A stretch of DNA of 64,000 nt, taken from positions 2,170,001-2,234,000 of the forward strand of contig JASTWF010000036.1 of assembly GCA_030390025.1 (NCBI GenBank), in the 5' to 3' direction. The notes under the pieces were generated by a model. That model ran no database searches. It was given only the letters and a program-made list of their open reading frames with translations, and was not told where the DNA came from. Below are positions 23,801 to 35,800 of the stretch, one piece after another. The number at the start of each line of letters is the position of its first letter. The first letter of the stretch is position 1. The translations under genes and the position numbers were made by a program. This DNA is from Squalus acanthias. Taxonomy: Eukaryota.

Positions 23801-26800
23801 GAGCACCGTGTTCAGTTCTGGAGCACTGTGTTCAGTTCTGGAGCACTCTGTTCAGTTCTGGAGCACTGTGTTCAGTTCTGGAGCACCGTGTTCAGTTCTG
23901 GAGCACTCTGTTCAGTTCTGGAGCACTGTGTTCAGTTCTGGAGCACCGTGTTCAGTTCTGGAGCACTGTGTTCAGTTCTGGAGCACTCTGTTCAGTTCTG
24001 GAGCACCGTGTTCAGTTCTGGAGCACTGTGTTCAGTTCTGGAGCACTGTGTTCAGTTCTGGAGCACTGTGTTCAGTTCTGGAGCACCGTGTTCAGTTCTG
24101 GAGCACCGTGTTCAGTTCTGGAGCACTCGTGTTCAGTTCTGGAGCACTGTGTTCAGTTCTGGAGCACCGTGTTCAGTTCTGGAGCACTGTGTTCAGTTCT
24201 GGAGCACTGTGTTCAGTTCTGGAGCACTGTGTTCAGTTCTGGAGCACGTGTTCAGTTCTGGAGCACTGTGTTCAGTTCTGGAGCACTGTGTTCAGTTCTG
24301 GAGCACCGTGTTCAGTTCTGGAGCACTGTGTTCAGTTCTGGAGCACCGTGTTCAGTTCTGGAGCACCGTGTTCAGTTCTGGAGCACCGTGTTCAGTTCTG
24401 GAGCACTGTGTTCAGTTCTGGAGCACTGTGTTCAGTTCTGGAGCACGTGTTCAGTTCTGGAGCACTGTGTTCAGTTCTGGAGCACTGTGTTCAGTTCTGG
24501 AGCACTGTGTTCAGTTCTGGAGCACTGTGTTCAGTTCTGGAGCACCGTGTTCAGTTCTGGAGCACTCTGTTCCGTTCTGGAGCACTGTGTTCAGTTCTGG
24601 AGCACCATGTTCAGTTCTGGAGCACTGTGTTCAGTTCTGGAGCACTATGTTCAGTTCTGGAGCACTGTGTTCAGTTCTGGAGCACTGTGTTCAGTTCTGG
24701 AGCACCGTGTTCAGTTCTGGAGCACTCTGTTCACTTCTGGAGCACTGTGTTCAGTTCTGGAGCATTGTGTTCCGTTCTGGAGCACTATGTTCAGTTCTGG
24801 AACATCTGTTCAGTTCTGGAGCACCGTGTTCAGTTCTGGAGCACCGTGTTCAGTTCTGGAGCACTGTGTTCAGTTCTGGAGCACTGTGTTCAGTTCTGGA
24901 GCACTCTGTTCAGTTCTGGAGCACCGTGTTCAGTTCTGGAGCACCGTGTTCAGTTCTGGAGCACCGTGTTCAGTTCTGGAGCACCGTGTTCAGTTCTGGA
25001 GCACTCTGTTCAGTTCTGGAGCACTGTGTTCAGTTCTGGAGCACTCTGTTCAGTTCTGGAGCACCGTGTTCAGTTCTGGAGCACCGTGTTCAGTTCTGGA
25101 GCACCGTGTTCAGTTCTGGAGCACTCTGTTCAGTTCTGGAGCACTGTGTTCAGTTCTGGAGCACTCTGTTCAGTTCTGGAGCACTGTGTTCAGTTCTGGA
25201 GCACTCTGTTCAGTTCTGGAGCACTCTGTTCAGTTCTGGAGCACCGTGTTCAGTTCTGGAGCACTGTGTTCAGTTCTGGAGCACTGTGTTCAGTTCTGGA
25301 GCACTATGTTCAGTTCTGGAGCACTCTGTTCAGTTCTGGAGCACTCTGTTCAGTTCTGGAGCACTGTGTTCAGTTCTGGAGCACCGTGTTCAGTTCTGGA
25401 GCACTCTGTTCAGTTCTGGAGCACCGTGTTCAGTTCTGGAGCACTGTGTTCAGTTCTGGAGCACTCTGTTCAGTTCTGGAGCACTGTGTTCAGTTCTGGA
25501 GCACTGTGTTCAGTTCTGGAGCACTCTGTTCAGTTCTGGAGCACTGTGTTCAGTTCTGGAGCACCGTGTTCAGTTCTGGAGCACTCTGTTCAGTTCTGGA
25601 GCACTGTGTTCAGTTCTGGAGCACCGTGTTCAGTTCTGGAGCACTGTGTTCAGTTCTGGAGCACTGTGTTCAGTTCTGGAGCACCGTGTTCAGTTCTGGA
25701 GCACTGTGTTCAGTTCTGGAGCACCGTGTTCAGTTCTGGAGCACCGTGTTCAGTTCTGGAGCACTGTGTTCAGTTCTGGAGCACTGTGTTCAGTTCTGGA
25801 GCACTGTGTTCAGTTCTGGAGCACCGTGTTCAGTTCTGGAGCACTGTGTTCAGTTCTGGAGCACTGTGTTCAGTTCTGGAGCACCGTCTTCAGTTCTGGA
25901 GCACTGTGTTCAGTTCTGGAGCACCGTGTTCAGTTCTGGAGCACCGTGTTCAGTTCTGGAGCACTGTGTTCAGTTCTGGAGCACTGTGTTCAGTTCTGGA
26001 GCATTGTGTTCAGTTCTGGAGCACTGTGTTCAGTTCTGGAGCACCGTGTTCAGTTCTGGAGCATCTGTTCAGTTCTGGAGCACCGTGTTCAGTTCTGGAG
26101 CACTGTGTTCAGTTCTGTAGCACTGTGTTCAGTTCTGGAGCACTGTGTTCAGTTCTGGAGCACTCTGTTCAGTTCTGGAGCACTGTGTTCAGTTCTGGAG
26201 CACCGTGTTCAGTTCTGGAGCACTCTGTTCAGTTCTGGAGCACTATGTTCAGTTCTGGAGCACCGTGTTCAGGTCTGGAGCATCGTGTTCAGTTCTGGAG
26301 CACTGTGTTCAGTTCTGGAGCACTGTGTTCAGTTCTGGAGCACTGTGTTCAGTTCTGGAGCACTGTGTTCAGTTCTGGAGCACTGTGTTCAGTTCTGGAG
26401 CACTATGTCAGTTCTGGAGCACTGTGTTCAGTTCTGGAGCACCGTGTTCAGTTCTGGAGCACTCTGTTCAGTTCTGGAGCACTATGTTCAGTTCTGGAGC
26501 ATTGTGTTCAGTTCTGGAGCACCGTGTTCAGTTCTGGAGCACCGTGTTCAGTTCTGGAGCATTGTGTTCAGTTCTGGAGCACCGTGTTCAGTTCTGGAGC
26601 ACTGTGTTCAGTTCTGTAGCACTGTGTTCAGTTCTGGAGCACTGTGTTCAGTTCTGGAGCACTCTGTTCAGTTCTGGAGCACTGTGTTCAGTTCTGGAGC
26701 ACCGTGTTCAGTTCTGGAGCACTCTGTTCCGTTCTGGAGCACTGTGTTCAGTTCTGGAGCACTGTGTTCAGGTCTGGAGCACCGTGTTCAGTTCTGGAGC

Positions 26801-29800
26801 ACTGTGTTCAGTTCTGGAGCACTCTGTTCAGTTCTGGAGCACCGTCTTCCGTTCTGGAGCATTGTGTTCAGTTCTGGAGCACTGTGTTCAGTTCTGGAGC
26901 ATTGTGTTCAGTTCTGGAGCACCGTGTTCAGTTCTGGAGCACCGTGTTCAGTTCTGGAGCTCCGTGTTCAGTTCTGGAGCACCGTGTTCAGTTCTGGAGC
27001 ATTGTGTTCAGTTCTGGAGCACCGTGTTCAGTTCTGGAGCACCGTGTTCAGTTCTGTAGCACTGTGTTTAGTTCTGGAGCACTGTGTTCAGTTCTGGAGC
27101 ACCGTGTTTAGTTCTGCAGCACCGTGTTCAGTTCTGGAGCACCGTGTTCAGTTCTGGAGCACTGTGTTCATTTCTGGAGCACTATGTTCAGTTCTGTAGC
27201 ACTGTGTACAGTTCTGGAGCACCGTGTTCAGTTCTGGAGCACTGTGTTCATTTCTGGAGCACTATGTTCAGTTCTGTAGCACTGTGTACAGTTCTGGAGC
27301 ACCGTGTTCAGTTCTGGAGCACTGTGTTCATTTCTGGAGCACCGTGTTCAGTTCTGGAGCACTATGTTCAGTTCTGGAACATTCTGTTCAGTTCTGGAGC
27401 ACTGTGTTCAGTTTTGGAGCACCGTGTTCAGTTCTGGAGCACCGTGTTCATTTCTGGAGCATTCTGTTCAGTTCTGGAGCACAGTGTTCAGTTCTGGAGC
27501 ACCGTGTTCAGTTCTGTAGCACTGTGTTCAGTTCTGGAGCACTGTGTTCAGTTCTGGAGCACTGTGTTCAGTTCTGGAGCACTATGTTCAGTTCTGGAGC
27601 ACTCTGTTCCGTTCTGGAGCACTCTGTTCAGTTCTGGAGCACTGTGTTCAGTTCTGGAGCACCGTGTTCAGTTCTGGAGCATTCTGTTCAGTTCTGGAGC
27701 ACCGTGTTCAGTTCTGGAGCACTGTGTTCAGTTCTGGAGCACTCTGTTCAGTTCTGTAGCACTGTGTTCAGTTCTGGAGCACTGTGTTCAGTTCTGGAGC
27801 ACTCTGTTCAGTTCTGGAGCACTGTGTTCAGTTCTGGAGCACCGTGTTCAGTTCTGGAGCACTCTGTTCCATTCTGGAGCACTGTGTTCAGTTCTGGAGC
27901 ACCGTGTTCAGTTCTGGAGCACTGTGTTCAGTTCTGGAGCACTGTGTTCAGTTCTGGAGCACCGTGTTCAGTTCTGGAGCACTGTGTTCAGTTCTGGAGC
28001 ACCGTGTTCAGTTCTGGAGCACCGTGTTCAGTTCTGTAGCACTGTGTTCAGTTCTGGAGCACTGTGTTCAGTTCTGGAGCACTGTGTTCAGTTCTGGAGC
28101 ACCGTGTTCAGTTCTGGAGCACTGTGTTCAGTTCTGGAGCACTGTGTTCAGTTCTGGAGCACCGTCTTCAGTTCTGGAGCACTGTGTTCAGTTCTGGAGC
28201 ACCGTGTTCAGTTCTGGAGCACCGTGTTCAGTTCTGGAGCACTGTGTTCAGTTCTGGAGCACTGTGTTCAGTTCTGGAGCATTGTGTTCAGTTCTGGAGC
28301 ACTGTGTTCAGTTCTGGAGCACCGTGTTCAGTTCTGGAGCATTCTGTTCAGTTCTGTAGCACCGTGTTCAGTTCTGGAGCACTGTGTTCAGTTCTGTAGC
28401 ACTGTGTTCAGTTCTGGAGCACTGTGTTCAGTTCAGGAGCACTCTGTTCAGTTCTGGAGCACTGTGTTCAGTTCTGGAGCACCGTGTTCAGTTCTGGAGC
28501 ACTCTGTTCCGTTCTGGAGCACTATGTTCAGTTCTGGAGCACCGTGTTCAGGTCTGGAGCATCGTGTTCAGTTCTGGAGCACTGTGTTCAGTTCTGGAGC
28601 ACTGTGTTCAGTTCTGTAGCACTGTGTTCAGTTCTGGAGCACTGTGTTCAGTTCTGGAGCACTGTGTTCAGTTCTGGAGCAATATGTCCAGTTCTGGAGC
28701 ACTGTGTTCAGTTCTGGAGCACCGTGTTCAGTTCTGGAGCACTCTGTTCCGTTCTGGAGCACTATGTTCAGTTCTGGAGCATTGTGTTCAGTTCTGGAGC
28801 ACCGTGTTCAGTTCTGGAGCACCGTGTTCAGTTCTGGAGCATTCTGTTCAGTTCTGGAGCACCGTGTTCAGTTCTGGAGCACTGTGTTCAGTTCTGTAGC
28901 ACTGTGTTCAGTTCTGGAGCACTGTGTTCAGTTCTGGAGCACTCTGTTCAGTTCTGGAGCACTGTGTTCAGTTCTGGAGCACCGTGTTCAGTTCTGGAGC
29001 ACTCTGTTCCGTTCTGGAGCACTGTGTTCAGTTCTGGAGCACTGTGTTCAGGTCTGGAGCACCGTGTTCAGTTCTGGAGCACTGTGTTCAGTTCTGGAGC
29101 ACTCTGTTCAGTTCTGGAGCACCGTCTTCCGTTCTGGAGCATTGTGTTCAGTTCTGGAGCACTGTGTTCAGTTCTGGAGCATTGTGTTCAGTTCTGGAGC
29201 ACCGTGTTCAGTTCTGGAGCACCGTGTTCAGTTCTGGAGCTCCGTGTTCAGTTCTGGAGCACCGTGTTCAGTTCTGGAGCATTGTGTTCAGTTCTGGAGC
29301 ACCGTGTTCAGTTCTGGAGCACCGTGTTCAGTTCTGTAGCACTGTGTTTAGTTCTGGAGCACTGTGTTCAGTTCTGGAGCACCGTGTTTAGTTCTGCAGC
29401 ACCGTGTTCAGTTCTGGAGCACCGTGTTCAGTTCTGGAGCACTGTGTTCATTTCTGGAGCACTATGTTCAGTTCTGTAGCACTGTGTACAGTTCTGGAGC
29501 ACCGTGTTCAGTTCTGGAGCACTGTGTTCATTTCTGGAGCACTATGTTCAGTTCTGTAGCACTGTGTACAGTTCTGGAGCACCGTGTTCAGTTCTGGAGC
29601 ACTGTGTTCATTTCTGGAGCACCGTGTTCAGTTCTGGAGCACTATGTTCAGTTCTGGAACATTCTGTTCAGTTCTGGAGCACTGTGTTCAGTTTTGGAGC
29701 ACCGTGTTCAGTTCTGGAGCACCGTGTTCAGTTCTGGAGCATTCTGTTCAGTTCTGGAGCACAGTGTTCAGTTCTGGAGCACCGTGTTCAGTTCTGTAGC

Positions 29801-32800
29801 ACTGTGTTCAGTTCTGGAGCACTGTGTTCAGTTCTGGAGCACTGTGTTCAGTTCTGGAGCACTGTGTTCAGTTCTGGAGCACCGTGTTCAGTTCTGGAGC
29901 ACTCTGTTCCGTTCTGGAGCATTGTGTTCAGTTCTGGAATACCATGTTCAGGTCTGGAGCACTGTGTTCAGTTCTGGAGCACTATGTTCAGTTCTGGAGC
30001 ACTGTGTTCAGTTCTGGAGCACTGTGTTCAGTTCTGGAGCACCGTGTTCAGTTCTGGAGCACTCTGTTCACTTCTGGAGCACTGTGTTCAGTTCTGGAGC
30101 ATTGTGTTCCGTTCTGGAGCACTATGTTCAGTTCTGGAACATTCTGTTCAGTTCTGGAGCACCGTGTTCAGTTCTGGAGCACCGTGTTCAGTTCTGGAGC
30201 ACTGTGTTCAGTTCTGGAGCACTGTGTTCAGTTCTGGAGCACTCTGTTCAGTTCTGGAGCACCGTGTTCAGTTCTGGAGCACCGTGTTCAGTTCTGGAGC
30301 ACCGTGTTCAGTTCTGGAGCACCGTGTTCAGTTCTGGAGCACTCTGTTCAGTTCTGGAGCACTGTGTTCAGTTCTGGAGCACTCTGTTCAGTTCTGGAGC
30401 ACCGTGTTCAGTTCTGGAGCACCGTGTTCAGTTCTGGAGCACTGTGTTCAGTTCTGGAGCACTGTGTTCAGTTCTGGAGCACTCTGTTCCGTTCTGCAGC
30501 ACCGTGTTCAGTTCTGGAGCACTGTGTTCAGTTCTGGAGGACTGTGTTCAGTTCTGGAGCACTATGTTCAGTTCTGGAGCACTCTGTTCCGTTCTGGAGC
30601 ACTCTGTTCAGTTCTGGAGCACTGTGTTCAGTTCTGGAGCACCGTGTTCAGTTCTGGAGCATTCTGTTCAGTTCTGGAGCACCGTGTTCAGTTCTGGAGC
30701 ACTGTGTTCAGTTCTGGAGCACTCTGTTCAGTTCTGTAGCACTGTGTTCAGTTCTGGAGCACTGTGTTCAGTTCTGGAGCACTCTGTTCAGTTCTGGAGC
30801 ACTGTGTTCAGTTCTGGAGCACTGTGTTCAGTTCTGGAGCACTCTGTTCAGTTCTGGAGCACTGTGTTCAGTTCTGGAGCACTCTGTTCAGTTCTGGAGC
30901 ACTATGTTCAGTTCTGGAGCACCGTGTTCAGTTCTGGAGCACCGTGTTCAGGTCTGGAGCACCGTGTTCAGTTCTGGAGCACTGTGTTCAGTTCTGGAGC
31001 ACTGTGTTCAGTTCTGGAGCACCGTCTTCAGTTCTGGAGCACTGTGTTCAGTTCTGGAGCACCGTGTTCAGTTCTGGAGCACCGTGTTCAGTTCTGGAGC
31101 ACTGTGTTCAGTTCTGGAGCACTGTGTTCAGTTCTGGAGCACTGTGTTCAGTTCTGGAGCATTGTGTTCCGTTCTGGAGCACTTGTTCAGTTCTGGAACA
31201 CTCTGTTCAGTTCTGGAGCACTGTGTTCAGTTCTGGAGCACTCTGTTCAGTTCTGGAGCACTATGTTCAGTTCTGGAGCACCGTGTTCAGTTCTTGAGCA
31301 CCGTGTTCAGTTCTGGAGCACAGTGTTCAGATCTGGAGCACTGTGTTCAGTTCTGGAGCACTGTGTTCAGTTCTGGAGCATTGTGTTCCGTTCTGGAGCA
31401 CTATGTTCAGTTCTGGAACATTCTGTTCAGTTCTGGAGCACTGTGTTCAGTTCTGGAGCACCGTGTTCAGTTCTGGAGGACCGTGTTCAGTTCTGGAGCA
31501 CTGTGTTCAGTTCTGGAGCACTGTGTTCAGTTCTGGAGCACTGTGTTCAGTTCTGGAGCACTGTGTTCAGTTCTGGAGCACTCTGTTCAGTTCTGGAGCA
31601 CCGTGTTCAGTTCTGGAGCACCGTGTTCAGTTCTGGAGCACCGTGTTCAGTTCTGGAGCACCGTGTTCAGTTCTGGAGCACCGTGTTCAGTTCTGGAGCA
31701 CTCTGTTCAGTTCTGGAGCACTGTGTTCAGTTCTGGAGCACTCTGTTCAGTTCTGGAGCACCGTGTTCAGTTCTGGAGCACCGTGTTCAGTTCTGGAGCA
31801 CTGTGTTCAGTTCTGGAGCACTGTGTTCAGTTCTGGAGCACTCTGTTCAGTTCTGGAGCACCGTGTTCAGTTCTGGAGCACTCTGTTCAGTTCTGGAGCA
31901 CTGTGTTCAGTTCTGGAGCACCGTGTTCAGTTCTGGAGCATTCTGTTCAGTTCTGGAGCACCGTGTTCTTTTCTGGAGCACTGTGTTCAGTTCTGTAGCA
32001 CTGTGTTCAGTTCTGGAGCACTGTGTTCAGTTCAGGAGCACTCTGTTCAGTTCTGGAGCACTGTGTTCAGTTCTGGAGCACTGTGTTCAGTTCAGGAGCA
32101 CTCTGTTCAGTTCTGGAGCACTGTGTTCAGTTCTGTAGCACTGTGTTCAGTTCTGGAGCACTCTGTTCAGTTCTGGAGCACTCTGTTCCGTTCTGGAGCA
32201 CTATGTTCAGTTCTGGAGCACCGTGTTCAGGTCTGGAGCACCGTGTTCAGTTCTGGAGCACTGTGTTCAGTTCTGGAGCACTGTGTTCAGTTCTGGAGCA
32301 TTGTGTTCCGTTCTGGAGCACTATGTTCAGTTCTGGAACACTCTGTTCAGTTCTGGAGCACTGTGTTCAGTTCTGGAGCACTCTGTTCAGTTCTGGGGCA
32401 CTATGTTCAGTTCTGGAGCACCGTGTTCAGTTCTTGAGCACCGTGTTCAGTTCTGGAGCACTGTGTTCAGTTCTGGAGCACTGTGTTCAGTTCTGGAGCA
32501 CTGTGTTCAGTTCTGGAGCATTGTGTTCCGTTCTGGAGCACTATGTTCAGTTCTGGAACATTCTGTTCAGTTCTGGAGCACTGTGTTCAGTTCTGGAGCA
32601 CCGTGTTCAGTTCTGGAGGACCGTGTTCAGTTCTGGAGCACCGTGTTCAGTTCTGGAGCACTGTGTTCAGTTCTGGAGCACTGTGTTCAGTTCTGGAGCA
32701 CTGTGTTCAGTTCTGGAGCACTCTGTTCAGTTCTGGAGCACTGTGTTCAGTTCTGGAGCACTCTGTTCAGTTCTGGAGCACCGTGTTCAGTTCTGGAGCA

Positions 32801-35800
32801 CCGTGTTCAGTTCTGGAGCACCGTGTTCAGTTCTGGAGCACTCTGTTCAGTTCTGGAGCACTGTGTTCAGTTCTGGAGCACTCTGTTCAGTTCTGGAGCA
32901 CCGTGTTCAGTTCTGGAGCACCGTGTTCAGTTCTGGAGCACTGTGTTCAGTTCTGGAGCACTGTGTTCAGTTCTGGAGCACTCTGTTCAGTTCTGGAGCA
33001 CCGTGTTCAGTTCTGGAGCACTGTGTTCAGTTCTGGAGGACTGTGTTCAGTTCTGGAGCACTATGTTCAGTTCTGGAGCACCGTGTTCAGTTCTGGAGCA
33101 CTCTGTTCAGTTCTGGAGCACTGTGTTCAGTTCTGGAGCACCGTGTTCAGTTCTGGAGCATTCTGTTCAGTTCTGTAGCACCGTGTTCAGTTCTGGAGCA
33201 CTGTGTTCAGTTCTGTAGCACTGTGTTCAGTTCTGGAGCACTGTGTTCAGTTCAGGAGCACTCTGTTCAGTTCTGGAGCACTGTGTTCAGTTCTGGAGCA
33301 CCGTGTTCAGTTCTGGAGCACTCTGTTCTGTTATGGAGCACTATGTTCAGTTCTGGAGCACCGTGTTCACTTCTGGAGCACTGTGTTCAGTTCTGGAGCA
33401 CCGTGTTCAGTTCTGGAGCATTGTGTTCAGTTCCGGAGGACCGTGTTCAGTTCTGGAGCACCGTGTTCAGTTCTGGAGCACTGTGTTCAGTTCTGGAGCA
33501 CCGTGTTCAGTTCTGGAGCATTGTGTTCAGTTCTGGAGCACCGTGTTCAGTTCTGGAGCACTCTGTTCAGTTCTGGAGCACTGTGTTCAGTTCTGGAGCA
33601 CCGTGTTCAGTTCTGGAGCATTCTGTTCAGTTCTGGAGCACCGTGTTCAGTTCTGGAGCACTGTGTTCAGTTCTGTAGCACTGTGTTCAGTTCTGGAGCA
33701 CTGTGTTCAGTTCAGGAGCACTCTGTTCAGTTCTGGAGCACTGTGTTCAGTTCTGGAGCACTCTGTTCCGTTCTGGAGCACTATGTTCAGTTCTGGAGCA
33801 CCGTGTTCAGGTCTGGAGCACCGTGTTCAGTTCTGGAGCACTGTGTTCAGTTCTGGAGCACTGTGTTCAGTTCTGTAGCACTGTGTTCAGTTCTGGAGCA
33901 CTGTGTTCAGTTCTGGAGCACTGTGTTCACTTCTGCAGCAATATGTTCAGTTCTGGAGCACTGTGTTCAGTTCTGGAGCACCGTGTTCAGTTCTGGAGCA
34001 CTCTGTTCCGTTCTGGAGCACTATGTTCAGTTCTGGAGAATTGTGTTCAGTTCTGGAGCACCGTGTTCAGTTCTGGAGCACCGTGTTCAGTTCTGTAGCA
34101 CTGTGTTCAGTTCTGGAGCACTGTGTTCAGTTCTGGAGCACTGTGTTCAGTTCTGGAGCAATATGTTCAGTTCTGGAGCACCGTGTTCACTTCTGGAGCA
34201 CTGTGTTCAGTTCTGGAGCACCGTGTTCAGTTCTGGAGCACTGTGTTCAGTTCTGGAGCACTGTGTTCAGTTCTGGAGCAATATGTTCAGTTCTGGAGCA
34301 CCGTGTTCACTTCTGGAGCACTGTGTTCAGTTCTGGAGCACCGTGTTCAGTTCTGGAGCATTGTGTTCAGTTCTGGAGCACCGTGTTCAGTTCTGGAGCA
34401 CCGTGTTCAGTTCTGGAGCACTGTGTTCATTTCTGGAGCACCGTGTTCAGTTCTGGAGCATTGTGTTCAGTTCTGGAGCACCGTTTTCAGTTCTGGAGCA
34501 CCGTGTTCAGTTCTGGAGCACCGTGTTCAGTTCTGGAGCATTGTGTTCAGTTCTGGAGAACCGTGTTCAGTTCTGGAGCACCGTGTTCAGTTCTGTAGCA
34601 CTGTGTTCAGTTCTGGAGCACTGTGTTCAGTTCTGGAGCACCGTGTTCAGTTCTGCAGCATTGTGTTCAGTTCTGGAGCACCGTGTTCAGTTCTGGAGCA
34701 CTGTGTTCATTTCTGTAGCACTGTGTTCAGTTCTGGAGCACTGTGTTCAGTTCTGGAGCACTCTGTTCAGTTCTGGAGAATTGTGTTCAGTTCTGGAGCA
34801 CCGTGTTCAGGTCTGGAGCACCGTGTTCAGTTCTGGAGCACTGTGTTCAGTTCTGTAGCACTGTGTTCAGTTCTGGAGCAATATGTTCAGTTCTGGAGCA
34901 CTGTGTTCAGTTCTGGAGCACTGTGTTCAGTTCTGGAGCAATATGTTCTGTTCTGGAGCACTCTGTTCAGTTCTGGAGCACCGTGTTCAGTTCTGGAGCA
35001 CCGTGTTCAGTTCTGGAGCACCGTGTTCAGTTCTGGAGCACTGTGTTCAGTTCTGGAGCACTGTGTTCAGTTCTGTAGCACTGTGTTCAGTTCTGGAGCA
35101 CTGTGTTCAGTTCTGGAGCACTGTGTTCAGTTCTGGAGCACTGTGTTCAGTTCTGTAGCACTGTGTTCAGTTCTGGAGCACTGTGTTCAGTTCTGTAGCA
35201 CTGTGTTCAGTTCTGGAGCAATATGTTCAGTTCTGGAGCACTGTGTTCAGTTCTGGAGCAATATGTTCAGTTCTGGAGCACTGTGTTCAGTTCTGGAGCA
35301 CCGTGTTCAGTTCTGGAGCACTCTGTTCCGTTCTGGAGCACTATGTTCAGTTCTGGAGCATTGTGTTCAGTTCTGGAGCACCGTGTTCAGTTTTGGAGCA
35401 CCGTGTTCAGTTCTGTAGCACTGTGTTCAGTTCTGGAGCACCGTGTTCAGTTCTGGAGCACTGTGTTCAGTTCTGGAGCACTGTGTTCAGTTCTGGAGCA
35501 ATATGTTCAGTTCTGGAGCACCGTGTTCACTTCTGGAGCACTGTGTTCAGTTCTGGAGCACCGTGTTCAGTTCTGGAGCATTGTGTTCAGTTCTGGAGCA
35601 CCGTGTTCAGTTCTGGAGCATTGTGTTCAGTTCTGGAGCACCGTGTTCAGTTCTGGAGCACCGTGTTCAGTTCTGGAGCACCGTGTTCAGTTCTGGAGCA
35701 CTCTGTTCAGTTCTGGAGCACCGTGTTCAGTTCTGGAGCACTGTGTTCAGTTCTGGAGCACTGTGTTCAGTTCTGGAGAACCGTGTTCAGTTCTGGAGCA